Source of the DNA: the human T2T-CHM13v2.0 reference genome, Homo sapiens
DNA length: 64,000 nucleotides
Strand: one strand, 5' to 3'
Assembly (NCBI RefSeq): GCF_009914755.1
Contig: NC_060926.1
Position numbers and translations under genes: made by a program. Under the pieces are notes generated by a model. The model saw only the letters and a program-made list of their open reading frames with translations. It was not told where the DNA came from and ran no database searches. The first letter of the stretch is position 1; each line of letters opens with the position of its first letter. This document shows, in pieces, positions 1-12,404 of this stretch.

Positions 1-874
1 CTTGAGCTGTGCTCAGTCATTGTATCCATGCTCCCCTTCACCATACCCTCCTGGCAACGATATGAGGTGTGGATTGTGTGATAGAAGAATCCAGACTCCA
101 CGAAGCCAAGGACAGTCACTTCTCCCTGGCAGCTCTCATGGTGTCGGCAGGAGTGGGCGCCTCACCTTGGGTACTGAAGAGAGTACCGATAATCCCGTGG
201 ATGGAACAGGAGGGAGTGTAATTCAATCCCTACACATTGTATATGCTGTTGGCAATTTCATTTAAACTCACAGCAGAAAACAACCAGGATTTGTAGACTG
301 ATTTTCTTCTTAGAGCAGGGAGAAAAATTACGTTCTTTCCAAGAGCAGCTCGTGCACAGATAAGGTCAGACTTTTCCTGTGCTTGAATCTGGTCTCCAGG
401 AAATCCAGTGGCAGGAAGAGAGTGTCCTGAGGCTGCCTCTGGGGGCACAGAATCACTGGGCCTCGCTGATTCTCATGAGAACCTGTCATCTCAGTGAGAC
501 AGGCCTCCCACTGGCCCTCAGTGGGCCATAGGCCAAGAGGTCTGAGTCAGATCGCGCAGTGAGCTGGAGGGAGCGAGGCTCTGAAAGCAGCAGTCTAGCA
601 GAGGGAGTTTGGGCCTGCGCTTACCCCTCAGAAAGTGTCTGGATTGGGAAGGGAAGAGAGGAAGCTGCCGAGCGAACCCAGCAGCCAAACTTTGGGTGAG
701 TGGAAAGTAACTAGATCCCTCTGGTGGATGGTATATTTGAGCTGCACCAGAGTCAGAGCCCACTGTGGGCTTCCGAGTGCCCAGAGGCAGCTGCTCCCAC
801 AGCACGGACTGCGCCCGCCAGGGGAGGCCGCTCAGGGGCCAGGGCACCACAAGGCGTCTCCTGAGAGACGTCTG

Positions 875-965
875 AGGCAAGTTATGGGCAGTCACCTCCC
901 TGCTGGAGCTTCATCTTCTGCCCTGTAAAATGATGCCCTTTCCAGTTCCAAGGTTCTAGGATTTT
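875..965 (+). mobile_element. Degenerate MIR/MIR3 SINE fragment
   Basis: gggcagtcacctccctgctggagcttcatcttctgccctgtaaaatg ... ttccagttccaaggttctaggatt resembles the MIR core and 3' end. Confidence 0.5.
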
Positions 966-3900
966 ACCTTGCCTCAAAACCCACTCAGATAGCTTGAAGG
1001 CAGAGCAAATGTGATGGCTCCTGGAGAAGGTCCTCTCCCAATCCCAGTCCCAGAGCCTCATCTTACCGGTTTCGCAGCTCTTGCCTGTGCGTGTGCATGT
1101 GTGTGCGTGTGTCCATTTTACTCCTATCCTTAATAGGTGCCTCATGGATGTGCTTTGAATTCCCCTGGGCTGAGGTAGGTGTGGGGAGGGCCCGCACCTT
1201 GAGGGTGGGGTTCAGCTCCCCAGAGCCAGGAGCTGGCTGAGGGCACTGCCCATCCAGCTGCAGTTCCTCCTGTGCTCAGTGGGGTGGGCGGAGCCACACT
1301 CAAGCTGAGACTGTCTGAGAGACCTAGTGCTGGGAAGGGCTCTACCTGCTGCTGGGGCCTCTGCAGGCAGAAGGGTAAAGGCAAGGCTGTGCCTGGTTGG
1401 TCACCCAAACGGGGGCCTGGGACTGTCCCAGAAGCCCTGGATGAGGCAGGCAGGACTGTCCCAGAATGGACTCCTTGGGTCCCCACCCCCTCCTCACCAC
1501 CATGCCCATGTCTGGCTCTGAGGTCCCCTTGCAGCTTCCCAGGGGAGTGACCCTGGGGTAGCATCAGAAGAGCTTGTCTCTCTCTTCCTTTTTGTGGTCT
1601 GGAGAAGTTAACATAAAGAAGCACCAGAAGGGAGGACCCAAAAAGATGTTTATTTCTAAGTTTTCAGACAGCTTGGCATCTTGTACCTGGAACCTCCTGA
1701 CCATGTAGGCTGCAGCACAGCTGTCTTCCTCCCTCTGTGCTGTTCTGGACTTTAATCTGTGTGCACAGCTTAGTGCGTCACAAATAGTAACTGAGTGAGG
1801 CTGTTGTGAAAGAAGCCTGTTTTTTTCAGGAGGGCCACCGTCCTAGCCTGAGGAGACACCTGGTGGACACAGACTGCAGGGAGAGGGCTGAAAGTTGGCC
1901 TAGTGAATCAGAGGGGTGACTGAGGGCCTAGAAGTTGCCGCGTGAGCTCTGATCATCATTAGGGGTGCTGTCTGCCCATGACCTGCAGGTACCCACCTTA
2001 ACCAGAGCTTGGCTTGTGGCCTGCAACTTGGCGACAGGCCTTTGGCTGGGCAAAGTTTGGGCTGGTGCTTCATGGCGGCAGGACCAATTACAGCAGAGCA
2101 ACCCAGGATGGGTGGTCATTGAAAAATGGGTGTGAAGTCACTGAAAAATCAGACTGAGTTTCAAGTTATGCTCACAGTTGCTGAAAAAGCAAAAATATGC
2201 CCTTAGAGCAGCAGAGCAGCGTGCGATGGTCCACTTCCTCCTGCCTCTGCAGAGCTTGCAGGCCTCTTCTAGCATCTGTGCATGGTGCGCACGTGTCTGT
2301 GACAACAGAAAGGGTGGGTTTCTCTCACACGTTTCCCTGACAGTGGCAAGGGGGCTGCAGCGGTCACAGAAACTTCCGGAGAGAGGTGTTTCTGTGCAGT
2401 CAGGTGAATTTGTTGGCAGGACAGCTTGGTGTGATGATACAAGAAGTACAGTTTCACTCTTTTTTTGTCAGATGAACTTCCTTCTGCTAGTTTAGAAATG
2501 CTTCACTCCAGAGAGGGCCACCTGATAGAAGCTGTATTACAGAAACTTTTAATCTCTTTTCTATGTCAGTAAGGGGATGCTGAAATAAACTGTCTAGAAA
2601 AACAAGAAGCTTCTGTCACACCCAGGCCACTTTCGGCAGAGTGGTCCAGAGCGGCCAGGGCACGGCCAGCTGCTTTGCATCTGCATTCCCGTTTCATTAC
2701 CTTTTGTGTTGTGGGCCAACAGGAGTGCTACGTAGTGGGGGCTGGAGATTTGTCCAGGCAGGAGGTGGGCAAGTGGCTGTCTTCTCTGCAGAATACCTGC
2801 ACTGCTCCATCTGACCAGCAGTGGCAACAGCCACAACCAGTTCTGCATCTAGCTCCTGCCCAGACCTTTGGCTGCCAGAATCTAGAACCATGGCTGACCA
2901 AAGCGAGACTTCCGAGTAAGGTTCGTTAACAGGCATCCTGCTGAATTAGAAGGAAACAGGAACGAATCCAAAGCAAACGGGGCTAAACTTCCCTCGAGGA
3001 CATTTCCTGAGCTGCAACATGGGAAGCGACAGCACCGAAGCTGGTGAGCTGGTGCAACTGCACACACCTTTTCTCTGGTTTTTAGTACTCACAGGTCATC
3101 CTGGGGAGACCGCTCATGGGCTATGGGCAGCCCATGCCTGGATTTTTTGGTGAATGAGTCTGAAAAGCAGTGACCAGGTGTGTTGAGGGCCTCCCCTTGC
3201 CTGCACCTTTTTATCTCTGAGTGACTGAGGGCTGCCAAGGCCAGACAACGCACATGTGTCCTGGATCCTCCCCTGGCCTGGGGCAGCAGCAGCAGCAGCA
3301 GCTGGGCTTGGGGTGAGTAGGCTGGCTTGAGGAAGGGGCTGCCCACAAGCAGGGCTCATTTCCTGGGTCAGGGCCTGTCAGACTCAAAGTCAGCTCTTCA
3401 GCATTCTGTTTAGAAAATGATGATGCAGTTCAGTGAGAAAGAAAGCTCAGGATAAAATATGTTTTCTGGAGGGGAAATACTCAAGTGTTCTAAGCCAGGA
3501 ACAGAGACTCTCAAGAGAGGAATTCTCTGGCATTCTCTGCCTTGGATAAATCATGGATTAAACATGAGCATCCTTAGAATAATTTTATTTTTGTATTTCA
3601 CTTTACACTGTAATGCAAACAGCTTTTATGTTTTCTTTGACGAAGAATCATAATTGAGTCGCTTTAGGTCTTTTAGCTGGAAGCATTTCACCCTAAATGA
3701 AAAGTTAACGCATTTTTTACAAGGATTAACATGCTAACTACAACTTGCCCTTTCAGCAGATGACAATAAGGGATTCTGAAAAGTTTGGACTGTCTTTTTC
3801 TTTTTGTATACAAATAAAGCAGCAGATCCTTTCTCTGTGAAGGTTGTTGCAGAGCTCCCGTACCAGCTTATAAAATGCGGCTGTTTAAGCAGGACTTGGG

Positions 3901-4537
3901 TGGGCAGCAGAATTCTGCACATGACGAGTGGCTGCAGCTTAGAAAGCAAATTTCACCTGATCCCAGTACTGTGATTTTAAGGAAACGGTAAAACTCAAAG
4001 TGCCAGTAATGCCATCAAGGCTCAGTAACATGCCATTTCCTCAGCAGCTAAAGACAAAAAGAATTATTTTGGTGAGGGGATAGAAATCCTTTCGCTTTGC
4101 AGTGACACCCACTTTTTCTTAGCTTGGCTTGGGAGTAAGGAGATTGGAGTGTGGGGGGACATTAGAAACTCATTTAAGGCAAACTGAAATCTCCTTCATC
4201 AGCAGTCTTCCTGCTGGTGTAGCCACAGCAGAACTCCGAGGCTTGCAGGCTGGGCTGTCTCCTTGCTGCCTGGCCTGGGTGTTTATTTGGGCAATGCAAG
4301 CTGACATTGTGAGGTGTTGCCGATGCCCAGGCCAGCTAGCAGGGAGCCCTCCCAGGGCTGGTAGAAACCTATGTGTATATATATTCTCAAATTTAAATAG
4401 ATTGTACATAGTGAAATGTAAATGACATGTAAAACAGCAATCTCTATTTTTCTTAACTATTATATAGCAGTATATATTTGTTGAACATGCTTGTATACTC
4501 TTCATTAACCATTTTAATATTTTGTACAGATAAGTTG

Positions 4538-4543
4538 ATTAAA
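4538..4543 (+). terminator. Poly(A) signal ATTAAA, probable distal GDF7 site (cleavage ~4560)
   Basis: ATTAAA with upstream TGTA elements (4374, 4403, 4523) and downstream ttttcagcttttgttac...tttctgtgtt. Confidence 0.65.
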
Positions 4544-7500
4544 TATTTTATTCATAAAACCGCTCATGACTGGTCTCTAAAGGAAAACATTTTCAGCTTT
4601 TGTTACTCAGCCTTTCTGTGTTACTGTAGTCCTCATTAATAGAATAGCGACCAGCTATTGAGGCCTTAGGACTGACTGCATTTTAATAGTGAGAGTGACA
4701 TAACAGGCCTGACTCCACTTGCCTTTGTGCCGATCATTCCCCTGTATTGTCAGATCAGGTGTGAGGCTGTGGGCCTCTGGTATGGGGGGCTGCACCCTGG
4801 GTCTTGGTGACTGGTATGAAACTGTATATGATGCTGCTGCACACAGCCTCACACGGCATGAAGTCACTGCAGAGCAAGGTAAAAAACATCAAGCTTGGGT
4901 TCAGGAAAGGAGGCCAAAATGCAGTGGAAAACATTTTCTCTTTGGGAAATGAGCATGATAATGTGTAGAGTGAGCACTGTCATTCCAAATGCAGTTTGGG
5001 TGGACAGGTTTTCTGTGTTTATACATCTCAGACTGCTGCAGGACCTGTCTCACTCCAGAAAGCATGAGCCCTCCCCACCTGGAGGCTGCACAGGTAAGCC
5101 TCTGAAATCCCAAGGCATAAAGTCCCATGGAAGCCGCTTCCTCTGCAAGGCCAATTACATACGTCACAGAACCCAATAAGGTCCTACAGCAAATTCGACA
5201 GGCCTTTTTTTTTGCCCAGTACTCTTCGAGACAAGTACAAAAGCCTGTGCTTGGTGACACCACGAAGGATGCAGCAGGACAGGATCAACCACACAGCGTT
5301 CTGTTGCTATCCCAGCTCTCACAGCTGACTTTTGCCCAGATGGAGAAATCTATTTCATGTGTTCCTTAAATATTTCTGGGAGAGGACTAATGACAGAGCA
5401 GGAATTGTAGGAAGTTGACAGGGACTTGGCCTTATTAGTGACTGTTACCAGGATTACCTCTTTTGCGATATGAAGCCTGCTGGAGTGACCCACATTTTCG
5501 TCAGTGATGGCAGCCCATGTTCATGGTGAATTCAATATCCCAGTTTGTTAATGCAGGTCCCTGTGGTTATGTAACTTTCTCTCTCTGGTGAAAGATCAAG
5601 AAAGCCTGCCTTCTTTTCACCACTCGATTTCCTATTATAAATAAAGGAGTCTCTTCTTTGGAAGAGAAATTGTGTTCCCTTTCCAACTAACTCATTTGGC
5701 AGGTACAATCAATGTGTAAGTTCTATGACCCTGCCATCGAAAACTGGAATGTCTTGTCATGCTTTGTTTATAAGCATCTTTGGTCCATTTTTCATTTTCT
5801 TATTTTTCAGTCTCCATTTGACCTACCACAGCATTCTGTGGTTAGAGTACACATTCAGTAGAGGAGTAGTTACAGGGAGAAAGGAAAGTCGGGAGTGGCA
5901 TTAAAAATTTTATCCAATTTCCCAGACACTGATAAGAGCAAATCTAAAAGGCCCGTCCATGACTAATGGTAAAGGCGGCTAAGATTGACTTCTCCACTCC
6001 TTCCCTGGTCCTGTCAGGTCCTGGATCTGCCTCTGATGCCTGCTCATTTCCAAGCAGGCCAAGGCAAAGATGCCTCCAACTGCTGTTCCATTGAGGGTGG
6101 TGCCCAACGTGGTCATGGATGCATGTGCTCTTGTGTCCTAGGAACCCTGTGACTCATCTGCTCAGAAAGGACAATGATCTGGGGAGAAACTTGTCCACTG
6201 TGAGGTGCCACCAGCATGCAGCCCTATAGGCTGTGGGTGTCTGCCGAGTCCTAATCACATGCAGGTGCGCGGCCCTTCACAGTGGCCAGTAGGAGGAAGC
6301 CCAGATGTTCTGCAGAGCCTGAGCTGGATGGATTTGCAGAGGCGGGATTCTAGTCCCTCTGTGAGGGAGGGAGACCCTGCAGGTGCACTGCACCCCCTGG
6401 CTGTAATGGACGCCCAGTCACAGGGTCACATTCTCATCCCAGGGAAGAGGAATTTTCCCATAGACTTACCCAGCAAGGAAATCTGTCCCAATGTGGGGAG
6501 GTCAGCACAGGCCCCTTTGCCAGAATGTTTGAGGAATGCAACACAAAATGAAAATGCTCGATTATCCCAGAGCACAGTCATGTGTATTGTTGCTGTAATT
6601 CCCACTCGGGGTGCTGCGCGGGGTTAGTGCTCAGCAAATAATAAACTACATATTTGGTAGTTGCTAATACCCAAACTCCAGAGGTTTTCTAATTGTAGAA
6701 GAATGGAAGTAACAGTTGCAGCCATATCAGACAAGATGAATGGGACACAAGGGATAGTGGCCTTGCTTCCTTGCAGTCCCCCAGTGCCAGACACAAACAG
6801 TCTGCAAAGATTCAGACATCCTTGAATCTATCTGACCCAGTTGTGCACAGCTCTGCTGGGGAAACACTTAAGGGATAAAAGAGCAAGTGTCCATGTCTGC
6901 ACTCCCACTGATGTGTCAGTTTTAAGATGAAGAAGCCCAGAGATGTGATTTCCTGGTAGTCCGACCCAATGTGAGAATTGCACTTTTTCACAGCTTGCCT
7001 ATTAGGTATGGTAGAAACTTTTTATTAATTTAGATAACAAAATTTATAGACTACCCTGTGTAGCAGGCCATATTTGATATGCCCTGACAGCACAGAGATG
7101 ACTAAGACAGAAGGTCATCTTCTAGGACTCTCCTGAGAGAAGGGGTGTTGGTGGAGGCAGGGAGGAGCAGACTGCAGAGACACAATCCCGCAGCAATGAT
7201 AAGTCATTCAGTAGACACAGGCCAGGCCAGGGGTCATGAAGACTGGCAGGGCATGGAAGGGTGGGAAGGACCGCTCTGGGAGGCAGGAGCAGTTGGTATT
7301 TTAGGCCACGTCTCATGGGGTGGGGTAGAGGATGGGCGTAATCAAAGCTGGAGCAGTGATTCCTGTACAGAGGAGTCCACAGGAAGCTCCCGTGCCTGGC
7401 ATAAGACCAGGTGGCTATGGAAGAGTTGCAGAGGTGCCGGCCATGTGGCTGCAGCCACAGCACTGACTCCCAGCATGTGGGCTTGCTTTCTCTCAATCCA

Positions 7501-7760
7501 CTGCCTGATGCATTTTTTTGCCGTCTGAAAACTGGTCTCTGTTATAGCTTTCATTCTTTTAAAACTACTCATTTGTTACCAACGATCTACTCGTCACTTC
7601 TTCTGTCAATCGGGTCCTCATTTGCCCTTTGCGTGACTCTCTTTCCCGGCTCTCCACTTTTGCTAGGCTTGCCCACTGTGGCCTCCAGGAGGCAGCATGA
7701 TGCAGTGGAAAAAGGGGATGAAGTGGTGGCTCTGGAGTAGAGGCCTGAATTGGAATCTGG

Positions 7761-8113
7761 CTTAGTTCATTTTCTGTTGCTGTAATGGAATATCAGAGAC
7801 TGGGTAATTTATAAAGAAGAGATTTATTTCTTACAGTTCTGGAGGCTGGAAAGTCCAAGATTGAGGGGCTGGCATCTGGTGAGGACCTTTGTGCTACATC
7901 CTCCCTGGCAAAAGGTGGAAGGGCAAGAGAGCATGAGAGAACAAGAGATCAAACTTGCAGCCTAATATCGTGGCTTTTTATCACTGGCACTAATCCATTC
8001 AGGAGGGAAGGGCCCTCATGACTCAGACACTTCCTGTTAGGACCCACCTCCCAATAGTTGCATTGGGGATTAAGTCTCTAACACACGAACTTTGGAGGAC
8101 ATGTGCAACTACA
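7761..8113 (-). mobile_element. MaLR solo LTR (MSTC/MSTD-like) inserted into a MIR (MIR pieces ~7694-7760 and ~8120-8260)
   Basis: cttagttcattttctgttgctgtaa...gactgggtaatttataaagaag...cagttctggaggctggaaagtccaaga is the reverse complement of an MST LTR 3' end; MIR motifs resume on both sides. Confidence 0.8.
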
Positions 8114-9094
8114 GGAGAACCCCAGCTCTGTCATCTATTAACTGTGAGGTCCTTAGCAAGGCACCTCAGTGGTAATCTGTATAATGGGCATAGTCAGAAC
8201 ATCACAGGATTGGGAGGCCTAAGTGAGACACTGTGAAGGTGCTGGGGTGAGCAGCATACTCCTTATCTGGATTAGCTCTCATCTATTCCAAACCACCTAT
8301 CCAAGTTCTACCTGCCCTTCTAGGACTAGGGGCAACCTCATCCTCTTCTCTCTTCCAAGAGCTTTGTCTTTATAGAACCCTTTATAGAACCATAGAACCA
8401 CCCAGAGCTTTCTTTGGCCCTCGTTCGTGCTCTGAGGATGCTCACCCAGCATCACACTCAGTGACGCCGGTCTTGCTCTAGAGATGCCTTCAGCCTGGTG
8501 GGAGGGGCCAGACCCATGTCCCACAGACACTCCTCACCTGGGCCAATGTGATCACTTACCCATGTCTGTATGGGGCACAGGCAGGAATCTCAATCCTCTT
8601 AAAAAGTGATTAGAAGTACACTCATATGAGCTTTGCTGTCCTCAGCACTCCTGCAGAAGAGCTTCATTCAAGGTCCCACAGATGTATTTGTTCACAGAGC
8701 ACACTCAGTCCCAGCCTCCAACCTCTCCTTAAGGCCCACCCCTAAGGGAAGGAGCAGCCCAAATATATCCTTGCCTCTTCTCTTCTGCAAGAGAAGGCCA
8801 GGGATGAAGATGTCTCACGCCATCTAAGAAATGCTTTGCTTCCCGCATCTTTTCTAAATCGACTGTTAGAACATCCTGGGCTGTGTGCAGGGAGGCCTGA
8901 ATGGGCTGAGGCCAGAAAGCTGAGCCAGGTGAGCAAGTGTTATCCCTGCGTAAGAGCCAAAATGCTGACTGCTAGAATCAAGTTACAAGCCTGGTGAAAC
9001 AGTGCAGGGACTGAGATACCACAGGGTCCTCTGCTACACTAAAGAGAAGAGAAATGAAAGGAAAAAAGGAAAAACAAGTTTGCTATCCTCCTTT

Positions 9095-9270
9095 AGGTAC
9101 CATTTTATAGAGAATCCACCATATGCCAGGCAACATACTAAATGCTATATGCATGACCTCATTTTATCTCCATTAAAAAAAAATGAGGAGCTGGGGGACT
9201 CAGGGAGGTGAAGTCTTATGTCACAAACCTAACAAATGACAGATCTGGGATTTGAACCCAGGTCTTCATT
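9095..9270 (-). mobile_element. MIR SINE
   Basis: tatgccaggc...aaatgaggag...ctgggatttgaacccaggtct. Confidence 0.65.
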
Positions 9271-9359
9271 TACTGCGTACAAGAGGAAATAGCCTTTTTG
9301 GAAAAGAAGCAATGAGACACGGATGCAGGAGATAGCATGGTGGGGTTTTAAAAATAATT

Positions 9360-9699
9360 ATTTTTACAAATTCTAAAACATCTCAAACTTCCAAAAAATC
9401 TGCAAGTACAAAGAACATTATTTTCCCCTCAACCATCTGACAGTAAACAGACATGATGCCCCTCACCCCCAGATACCTCAGTGTCTCCAGTACAAACAAG
9501 GACACTCTCTTACTTCTTCCCAGTACAACCACTGAAATCAGAAAATTAACAGTGGCATCTTACTCCCAGCTAATCTTCAGACCTCATTCAAGTTGTGCAA
9601 ATTGTCTCAACAATGTCTTTTATAACAAAAACATCCAATTCAGAATCAGATGTTGTGTCCAATTGTCATGTCTCTTCAGTCTCCTTTAATCTGAAATTG
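9360..9699 (-). mobile_element. Old L1 (L1MC-like) 3' fragment
   Basis: gacatgatgcccctcacccccagatacctcagtgt...aaggacactctctta...aaatcagaaaattaaca resembles an L1MC4/5 3' end. Confidence 0.6.
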
Positions 9700-9849
9700 C
9701 TTTTTTTTTTTGCTCTTTTTTAAAAATTATTTTAGACACGAGGTCTCGTTTTTTGCACGGGCTGGTCTCAAACTCCTAGCCTCAAACGATCTTCCCAGCT
9801 CATCCTCCCAAGGTGCTGGGATCACAGGTGTGAGCTACGGCACCCAGCC
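9700..9849 (-). mobile_element. Alu monomer (FLAM_C-like)
   Basis: poly(T) then gctggtctcaaactcctagcctcaaacgatc...gtgctgggatcacaggtgtgagc...cccagcc. Confidence 0.85.
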
Positions 9850-10364
9850 TGTTTGTTTTGAATATAATGTAGGATGAAGAAAAATCAAGCCTTTGGTGGT
9901 CCGTGTCTCTCCAAAGGCTGAGTGGAGAAGCGTATGGTGAGAGGCCCTTGGTGGCCATGGACATCAGGCCACACAAGCCACAGAGGGCTTGTGGAGATGC
10001 TTATGGCTGGGAACAGACTAGGAACAAACACGGGTGTGGTCAAAGCTCAATCGCTGAGCACTCGGTAACTCTGCAGGAAGTTAAAACTTTCACAAAGACA
10101 ATCCATGTGGTTGACTGGGACATACAGGCAGAGCTGCTTCTGGAAAATGGATTTCTTCCACTGTTTGTCCATTTTAGTCTAATCCCTAATGAAACAGAAT
10201 GAACTTCAGTCTCTTGAAATCTGATTCTTCCACCTATGAAAAAAGCAATGAGAAAGGTGGCTTTTCACTTTAAAAGAGAGACTTTGAGCCGAGTCTAACT
10301 CAGGAGAACTGCTCAAATTGTACCCTCTCTTGCCCAACACAGAGATCAGGCCAGACCAGGTCAG

Positions 10365-12212
10365 AAATGCTGGTAAAACATTTATTTCAAAAATTCATTT
10401 GGTTTTCAGATGATAAATAGGAATTAAGAATGAGTATCTTTCTTAGGCTCTAAAAACCAGAAATAAGACACAATTTCATACGTGCAGACTTTTGAAATAT
10501 GGAGTAACATTTAAAATAACAGATAAAAGAAAAGCTCTGAATGTTACTCTTTATTCTGGTAGGTATGATTTACCCAGTATTGTTTACATGCCTTGATTTA
10601 GTATCAGTGAGTATCTCCTGTATGCAAGGCGCTCAGAGCCATGATTCCTAGCTTCTAACATCCGATTTCTAGGCCTCTCATGCAGATGCCAATAAAGGAT
10701 CTGTGTACAGCCCTGTGCTTACGGCCTATGTATCTATTAGCTCTTCCCCTTGGGCTAACAGCACTCCTTGTCTGGAGCTTGGCTTTTCCCCTCTGAGAAG
10801 TCACTTGCTGTGATGTAGAAGCTATGCCAAAGCACAGTAACTCATTCAGCACTTACCAATAAGTTGGCAGCAAATCAGAGCCAAATCTTTCATCAGGGGG
10901 CTTTAGGATTTGAGCGGAGGGACATCTCATTGTCCTTAGGGAATGATAATGCCATGAGGGATTTCCTCTAGGAGAAAAAGGAATATTTCTGATCCATGAT
11001 CAACTGTCACTGCAGTATGTGGTTCTCAAGATTGAGTCAATTTAGGGGAGGCAGCAATATTGTCAGCCCACTCTAGGCCAGGGAATATGTGTCTTCTCTG
11101 CCATACCTCAATGTGTCTAGAGAAGGTGAATTCACATAACTTAATGGCTGGGTTTGGTTCATTAACAAAATAATTTCTTTCCAGCAAATGAAGTTAATGC
11201 AGAAATGGAGAGTTAATGTATGGCAATGTTTTACTGAGCAGTTTAAAAGAAGCTTTTAAAAATTATTCACTAGAAGATTTCCAGAAGAAAAGAATCATTA
11301 AGTAGCTAAGAACTCCATCCTCAATGGCTAGCACACTATTTGGCTCATTGATGGTCTTTAATGGAGTTTTAGTGCAAGAATTACAGAAGGAGCAACTGTA
11401 CGTTGGCACATCCAAGCCTGCTTTGGGACAGCCCAGTGCCTCTCCATCCTGGCTCTGGAGAGGAGGAGCCTGCAGGGAGCTTATAACCTGGGAGGCTAAG
11501 GCTCAGCATAGAACTTGCTGGTTGTCCTGTGGCAGGAGGCACAGTTGGGGTCCTTCAACAATTCTTTATCTGGTTAGCTGACCAGAGTAATGTCTGGTGA
11601 ACTTTATTCTCTGTCTAGTGCAGGTACATTAGACGTCACATTGATGATCTCAGCCAAGATCTGTGCTAAGTTAGCCTGGGCTCATCTTCATCTTCTGTCT
11701 TACAGGAGACCCAGGTTCACTTCCTGCTCCTGGAACATGAGTGTATCCTTGTCATAATCTCATACACTTCACATATCTAACTATACTCTTAACATTCACT
11801 GATTTATTTTACATTTTCTAGTAGGTATTTCATAATTTCCTCCAGAGGAGCCTATTCTACAATGTAACTCAATTAAAATCAAGTACATGTAGATTTTTTT
11901 TTCATCTGCAAAGATCCTGCCTACCAAAATAAACCATATGGTGCCACTGGGCATCTTGTGCAAACACAAGACTCTGTGTAGATCACTGTGTTCCCTGAGT
12001 CTTGGAAAATGTATGGTTAAACCTATGGAATGATTCATCAACTGTGTTTACTTCAGCCTATAACATGGCGAGCGGAGAGTTGGTTTGTAAGACAAAGGTT
12101 CTCACTTTCTTCATTTCTAATATCAGTCTTCAAAATTAAACATTTACCTACTAAGTCTAGTACACTGACTGCCTCCATGTACTGGCAGTGGGGGCTTGTT
12201 CCTCAGGCCAAT
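10365..12212 (-). other. LDAH: LDAH 3' UTR
   Basis: Repeat-free sequence between the TAA (12213-12215) and AATAAA (10381-10386). Confidence 0.75.
10381..10386 (-). terminator. Poly(A) signal AATAAA, probable main LDAH site (cleavage ~10365)
   Basis: tttatt on + strand ~1.83 kb past the LDAH stop, at the edge of the repeat-free block. Other minus-strand AATAAA at 10550, 11603 and 11803. Confidence 0.7.
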
Positions 12213-12404
12213 TTACATTTTGGACAAGTCATCCTTTAGGGAGTCAGCAATCATGTCTGCCATTTCCTGGTTAAAATGGGTGATGAAAGCATGAGGTATG
12301 TTTTTCTCACAGAGTCGAATGTCTCCTTCTGGAAAATCCTTCTTAATGTCTTCATAGTACTCTTTTGGACACCAAGGATCTATAGTACCATAATAAAATG
12401 TAAG
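12213..12404 (-). CDS. LDAH: LDAH last coding exon: LTFYYGTIDPWCPKEYYEDIKKDFPEGDIRLCEKNIPHAFITHFNQEMADMIADSLKDDLSKM*; carries the presumed catalytic Asp (GTID) and His (PHAF)
   Basis: Manual translation; acceptor ttgtcttgtctttcag|CTT; 192 nt = 63 aa + TAA; matches the human LDAH C-terminus as I recall it; in frame with the upstream exon. Confidence 0.97.
   Translation of the reverse strand, partial: LTFYYGTIDPWCPKEYYEDIKKDFPEGDIRLCEKNIPHAFITHFNQEMADMIADSLKDDLSKM

Larger units (their letters stand above)
1..4560 (+). other. GDF7: Probable distal 3' UTR of GDF7 (CDS lies upstream of the window)
   Basis: Inference from known gene order (GDF7 is the convergent neighbour of LDAH and has a multi-kb 3' UTR). 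In sequence: repeat-poor, no credible CDS, ends in an AT-rich block with UGUA motifs, ATTAAA and a downstream U/GU-rich tract. Confidence 0.7.

Noticed and set aside
3284-3301. (CAG)6 tract
   Set aside because: Too short to be unstable, and non-coding
1853-6300. CTCF-like motifs (~1853-1870 minus strand; ~6283-6300 plus strand) as an insulator between the genes
   Set aside because: Mismatches at core positions; cannot be supported without PWM scoring or ChIP data
1-9300. Many overlapping 60-160 aa ORFs on both strands
   Set aside because: No recognisable domains, many non-ATG starts and no consistent exon structure; expected by chance in GC-rich UTR/intergenic DNA
10655-10852. 65-aa minus-strand ORF in the LDAH 3' UTR
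   Set aside because: Starts at a GTG overlapping a splice-donor motif; no homology recognised
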